IMG/VR virus record: IMGVR_UViG_3300042544_003275
DNA from: an uncultured virus (IMG/VR IMGVR_UViG_3300042544_003275)
Taxonomy: Duplodnaviria > Heunggongvirae > Uroviricota > Caudoviricetes
Length of the DNA: 64,000 bases
Strand: one strand, 5' to 3'
The first letter of the stretch is position 1; each line of letters opens with the position of its first letter. The notes under the pieces are model-generated. The model had not been told where the DNA came from. It saw only the letters and a list, made by a program, of their open reading frames with translations, and made no database searches. The translations under genes and the position numbers were made by a program. Shown in pieces: positions 60,663 through 64,000 of the stretch.

Positions 60663-61606
60663 GAGTTTTAGTAACAGGAGGAGCAGGATTCATTGGATCT
60701 AATATAGTAAAAAATCTTAACAATGATAATTCCATTAGAAGTATAGTAGTTCTTGATAACTTATCAAATGGTGATGTTAATAATATAATAAAATCAGATA
60801 AAATTTCTTTTATAAAAGGTGATATATGTGATTTTGAATTAGTAAATAACATATGTAAAGAAATTGATGTAATTTGTCATCAAGCTGCTTGGGGGTCGGT
60901 ACCAAGATCAATAGAACAACCAAAAGATTATATGAGTAATAATGTTTATGGATTCAGTTGTATTGTAGAGGCTGCTAAGAATAATGAAATTAAAAAAATT
61001 ATATATGCTAGTTCATCTTCCGTTTATGGAGACAATAATTCTTTTGAAAAAGAGGAAAATCAAATAGGAAAACAATTATCACCATATGCTTTGAGTAAAA
61101 GATTTGATGAGATGTTATCTGATAATTTTCATGATTTATATGGTATTGATTTTTATGGTCTTAGATACTTTAATGTTTTTGGTGAGAATCAAAGATGGGA
61201 CTCTGAATATTCAGCAGTTATTCCGAAGTTTATAAAGTCAGTAATAGAGAATGAACAACCTATTATATTTGGAGATGGAGATCAAAGTAGAGATTTTACA
61301 TATGTGAAAAATGTAGTTGATATGAATGTGAATCTTATAAAGAATATAAATATAAAAGGATCTCATGTATTTAATGTTGGTCTGGGTAAAAGTACATCTG
61401 TTAATGAATTATATAGATTAATAAAAGAAAAACTAAATTCGGATATAGTTCCAATTTATAAAGAAAAAAGAAAAGGTGAGATTTTAAATTCATTAGCGAA
61501 TATAAACTCATCTAAAAAAGTAGGATATAATCCAAAAATTGAAATAGAAGAAGGCTTAGAGAAAACAATACAATGGTTTAAACAAAGCTTCAATAAATCA
61601 ATATAA
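60659..61606 (+). CDS. UDP-GlcNAc 4-epimerase-like SDR (WbpP/TviC-like)
   Basis: TGGAGFIGS, HQAAWGSVPRS, SPYALSK, LRYFNVFG. Confidence 0.85.
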   Translation: MRVLVTGGAGFIGSNIVKNLNNDNSIRSIVVLDNLSNGDVNNIIKSDKISFIKGDICDFELVNNICKEIDVICHQAAWGSVPRSIEQPKDYMSNNVYGFSCIVEAAKNNEIKKIIYASSSSVYGDNNSFEKEENQIGKQLSPYALSKRFDEMLSDNFHDLYGIDFYGLRYFNVFGENQRWDSEYSAVIPKFIKSVIENEQPIIFGDGDQSRDFTYVKNVVDMNVNLIKNINIKGSHVFNVGLGKSTSVNELYRLIKEKLNSDIVPIYKEKRKGEILNSLANINSSKKVGYNPKIEIEEGLEKTIQWFKQSFNKSI

Positions 61607-61623
61607 AATAAAAAATAAAAAAT

Positions 61624-62295
61624 ATGGGTAGAATTTTAGTAGTATCTCCACATACTGATGATGAGTTATTTGGAGTAGGAGGAACTCTTCTAAAAAGAAA
61701 AAATAAAGGTGATGATATAAAAGTGGTTGTTATGTCTTGTTCAGAAAGATATTTACATCATTTAGGTAGATGCATCACTGAAGAAGAACAATGGATGGAA
61801 TTCAAAAAAGTTGCTAGTTTTATCTCAACAGAAGAACCTTTAAAGTTTGATACAGATGGATTAAGATTGGAAGAAGTTCCTCAGTATAAAATTGTTAGAT
61901 GGTTAGATGAATTAATAAGAACCTATCATCCAACTACAATTTATATACCAGAGCCTTCTTATCATCAAGAACATAAAGATGTTTATAATGCTTGTATTTC
62001 GGCTGTAAGACCAACCGGAGTTGGACTTATTTTAGAGATAATTTCATATGAAATACCTACTTCAACATGGTCAGATCCGTCAAATAAATTTCAGCCTAAT
62101 TTATATGAAGATATAGAAGAGACAATAGAAGAAAAAATAAAGATATTTAAAGATAATTATCTTCTTCAATATACAACGACTAAAAGAGATAAGTTAGGTG
62201 AAGTTGGAATAAGATCACACGCTAACTATCGTGGATTTGAATGTGGATTAAAAGTTGCAGAAGCTTTTAATATAATTAAAAGTGTGAGAATATGA
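61624..62295 (+). CDS. PIG-L/LmbE family deacetylase
   Basis: PHTDDE, HQEH, AEAF. Confidence 0.85.
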   Translation: MGRILVVSPHTDDELFGVGGTLLKRKNKGDDIKVVVMSCSERYLHHLGRCITEEEQWMEFKKVASFISTEEPLKFDTDGLRLEEVPQYKIVRWLDELIRTYHPTTIYIPEPSYHQEHKDVYNACISAVRPTGVGLILEIISYEIPTSTWSDPSNKFQPNLYEDIEETIEEKIKIFKDNYLLQYTTTKRDKLGEVGIRSHANYRGFECGLKVAEAFNIIKSVRI

Positions 62296-62963
62296 GAGTT
62301 AACTTTTTTGATTTAGGTTCGTTTGATGGAATGGAATCTAAAATAATTTTAGATGTATTTGAGGAATTAAATATTGATGATTTTAGAGTATATGCATTTG
62401 AACCTTGTTTAGATTCATTTAATAATATTAAAAATCTTATTGGTGAAAATAACAATGTTGTATTAGTAAATTCTGGAATATCTGACAAGAATGAAAAAAT
62501 AAAACTTTATCATTCATTTTCTGGAAATGAAGTAGGTCATTCTATTTTTTCAACAAAAAACAACGTATTTGAAAATGATTATGAAGAAATTGATGTTGTT
62601 AAATTTTCTGACTTCTGTATTAAAGAAAATATTTTAGTAAACGAATGTTTGAATATAATCAAATTCAATATTGAAGGTGCTGAATGGCATTTAATAAACG
62701 ATCTTATAGATTCAAATTTGATAGAACATATTCATATATTCTGTGGAGATGGTATAGATATTTACAAAATTACAGAACTAAATAAGTTTGTAGATGATTA
62801 TGAGTTAAAATTAAAAAAATTTAATATCAATATTATTCCATTTTCGGCACAGGGTTATGAAAATGAGATTCAAAGAGTCTATGATGAAAAAAGTATATTA
62901 AAAGACAAAATAAAAATTGAATATGAAAAATTGCAGAACAATAAATCAGGATTTACTAACTAA
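62292..62963 (+). CDS. FkbM family methyltransferase
   Basis: DLGSFDG, AFEP, KFNIEGAE. Confidence 0.75.
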   Translation: MRVNFFDLGSFDGMESKIILDVFEELNIDDFRVYAFEPCLDSFNNIKNLIGENNNVVLVNSGISDKNEKIKLYHSFSGNEVGHSIFSTKNNVFENDYEEIDVVKFSDFCIKENILVNECLNIIKFNIEGAEWHLINDLIDSNLIEHIHIFCGDGIDIYKITELNKFVDDYELKLKKFNINIIPFSAQGYENEIQRVYDEKSILKDKIKIEYEKLQNNKSGFTN

Positions 62964-63780
62964 TCCAATTGATAGAACTCTAAATAAGTTCATAGATTCC
63001 AATACAAAAGTTTTTACCATAGGAAGCTGTTTTGCTTTAGAGATAAAAGATTTTCTTATGAAAAACTCATATAATGTTTTGGTTTCTGAGGAGAATAGCG
63101 AAACACCTGAACCAAAATTGATATGGTATAATACTTATAACATACTTTATGAATTTGAAAGAATAACTGGTGAGTTCGTTCAGGATGAAGATGATGTTTG
63201 GAATTTAGGAAATAGATGGCAGGATCCATATAGAAGATGTGTGTTTGCGGATACAAAAGAAGAACTATGGAAAAAAATCGAAAAACTGAATAGAGATACC
63301 AGTTATGGTATTCTGAATGCTGAATGTTTGATAATAACATTAGGATTGACAGAAACCTTCTTTCAGAAAAATGGGAAAGCCATTTGTGCCTCTCCTGGTT
63401 ATGCTAGTGGTGGTGGTCAAGATTGTGAATTTGTTGCGACAAAATTCACAGATAATTACAACAATGTTAAGAAAATCATAGAAATAATAAAAAAGGTAAA
63501 TCCAAAATGTCAGCTTGTATTGACGGTTTCTCCAGTTCCTTTGGGTATGACATTTAGAAATCTCGATCACTTAGTGGCCAATACAGATAGCAAATGTATT
63601 CTAAGAACAGTTGCTGGTCAAATTCAAGAAGACTTTCCAGAAATGGTCAATTATTTTCATAGTTTTGAGATTTCAAATAATACCGACAAAAGATCTGTAT
63701 ATATTGATGATGCCCGACATGTCAAAAGAGACTTTGTTGATATTATCATGAAAGATTTTAAGAAATATTTTATCATATGA
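62917..63780 (+). CDS. GSCFA domain protein
   Basis: IGSCFA, ITLGLTE, TVSPVPL, SKCILR, RHV. Confidence 0.85.
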   Translation: MNMKNCRTINQDLLTNPIDRTLNKFIDSNTKVFTIGSCFALEIKDFLMKNSYNVLVSEENSETPEPKLIWYNTYNILYEFERITGEFVQDEDDVWNLGNRWQDPYRRCVFADTKEELWKKIEKLNRDTSYGILNAECLIITLGLTETFFQKNGKAICASPGYASGGGQDCEFVATKFTDNYNNVKKIIEIIKKVNPKCQLVLTVSPVPLGMTFRNLDHLVANTDSKCILRTVAGQIQEDFPEMVNYFHSFEISNNTDKRSVYIDDARHVKRDFVDIIMKDFKKYFII

Positions 63781-64000
63781 TAATTAGTATACATCAACCT
63801 AATTTTTTTCCATGGTATCCTCTTTTCCAAAAAATTGAAGGAGCTGATAAATTTGTCTTTTTAAATAATGCTCAGTTTCAAAAAAACAATCTACAGAATC
63901 GATTTAATTTAAATGATAAATGGTACACACTTTCTGTAAATAGTGGACTGGATCCTATAACGACAAAGAAATATCTCAATCCTAAAAAAGATTGGGATAA
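63777..64000 (+). CDS. WbqC-like protein (partial)
   Basis: MIISIHQPNFFPW..ADKFVFL..QFQK..QNR, runs off window. Confidence 0.75.
   Translation, partial: MIISIHQPNFFPWYPLFQKIEGADKFVFLNNAQFQKNNLQNRFNLNDKWYTLSVNSGLDPITTKKYLNPKKDWD

Overview
AT-rich segment of a very large (jumbo/huge) tailed phage genome that probably infects Bacteroidota. The host call rests on recurrent TTTG..TAnnTTTG promoters and A-rich, SD-less starts; the ORFs read in the standard code. Contents: two repeat-rich fibre genes, about 40 tRNA or tRNA-like genes in several clusters, translation helpers (gltX, tilS, a Pth2-like protein), peptidases, a ClpC-type ATPase, a DNA methyltransferase, an HNH nuclease, an approximately 900-nt structured non-coding region, and a GDP-fucose/glycosyltransferase cluster. 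Main observation: five tRNA groups each sit behind a short unannotated leader ORF, an anti-terminator segment and an intrinsic terminator. The codons enriched in each leader match the downstream tRNAs: Tyr/Glu; Ile/Gly/Ala; Asn/Ile/Arg/Leu/Val/Cys/Thr/Met; Pro/Asp/Gln; Gln. This looks like ribosome-mediated transcription attenuation used to switch on phage tRNA genes when the cognate host tRNAs fail. All calls are by eye; no database search or folding program was run.
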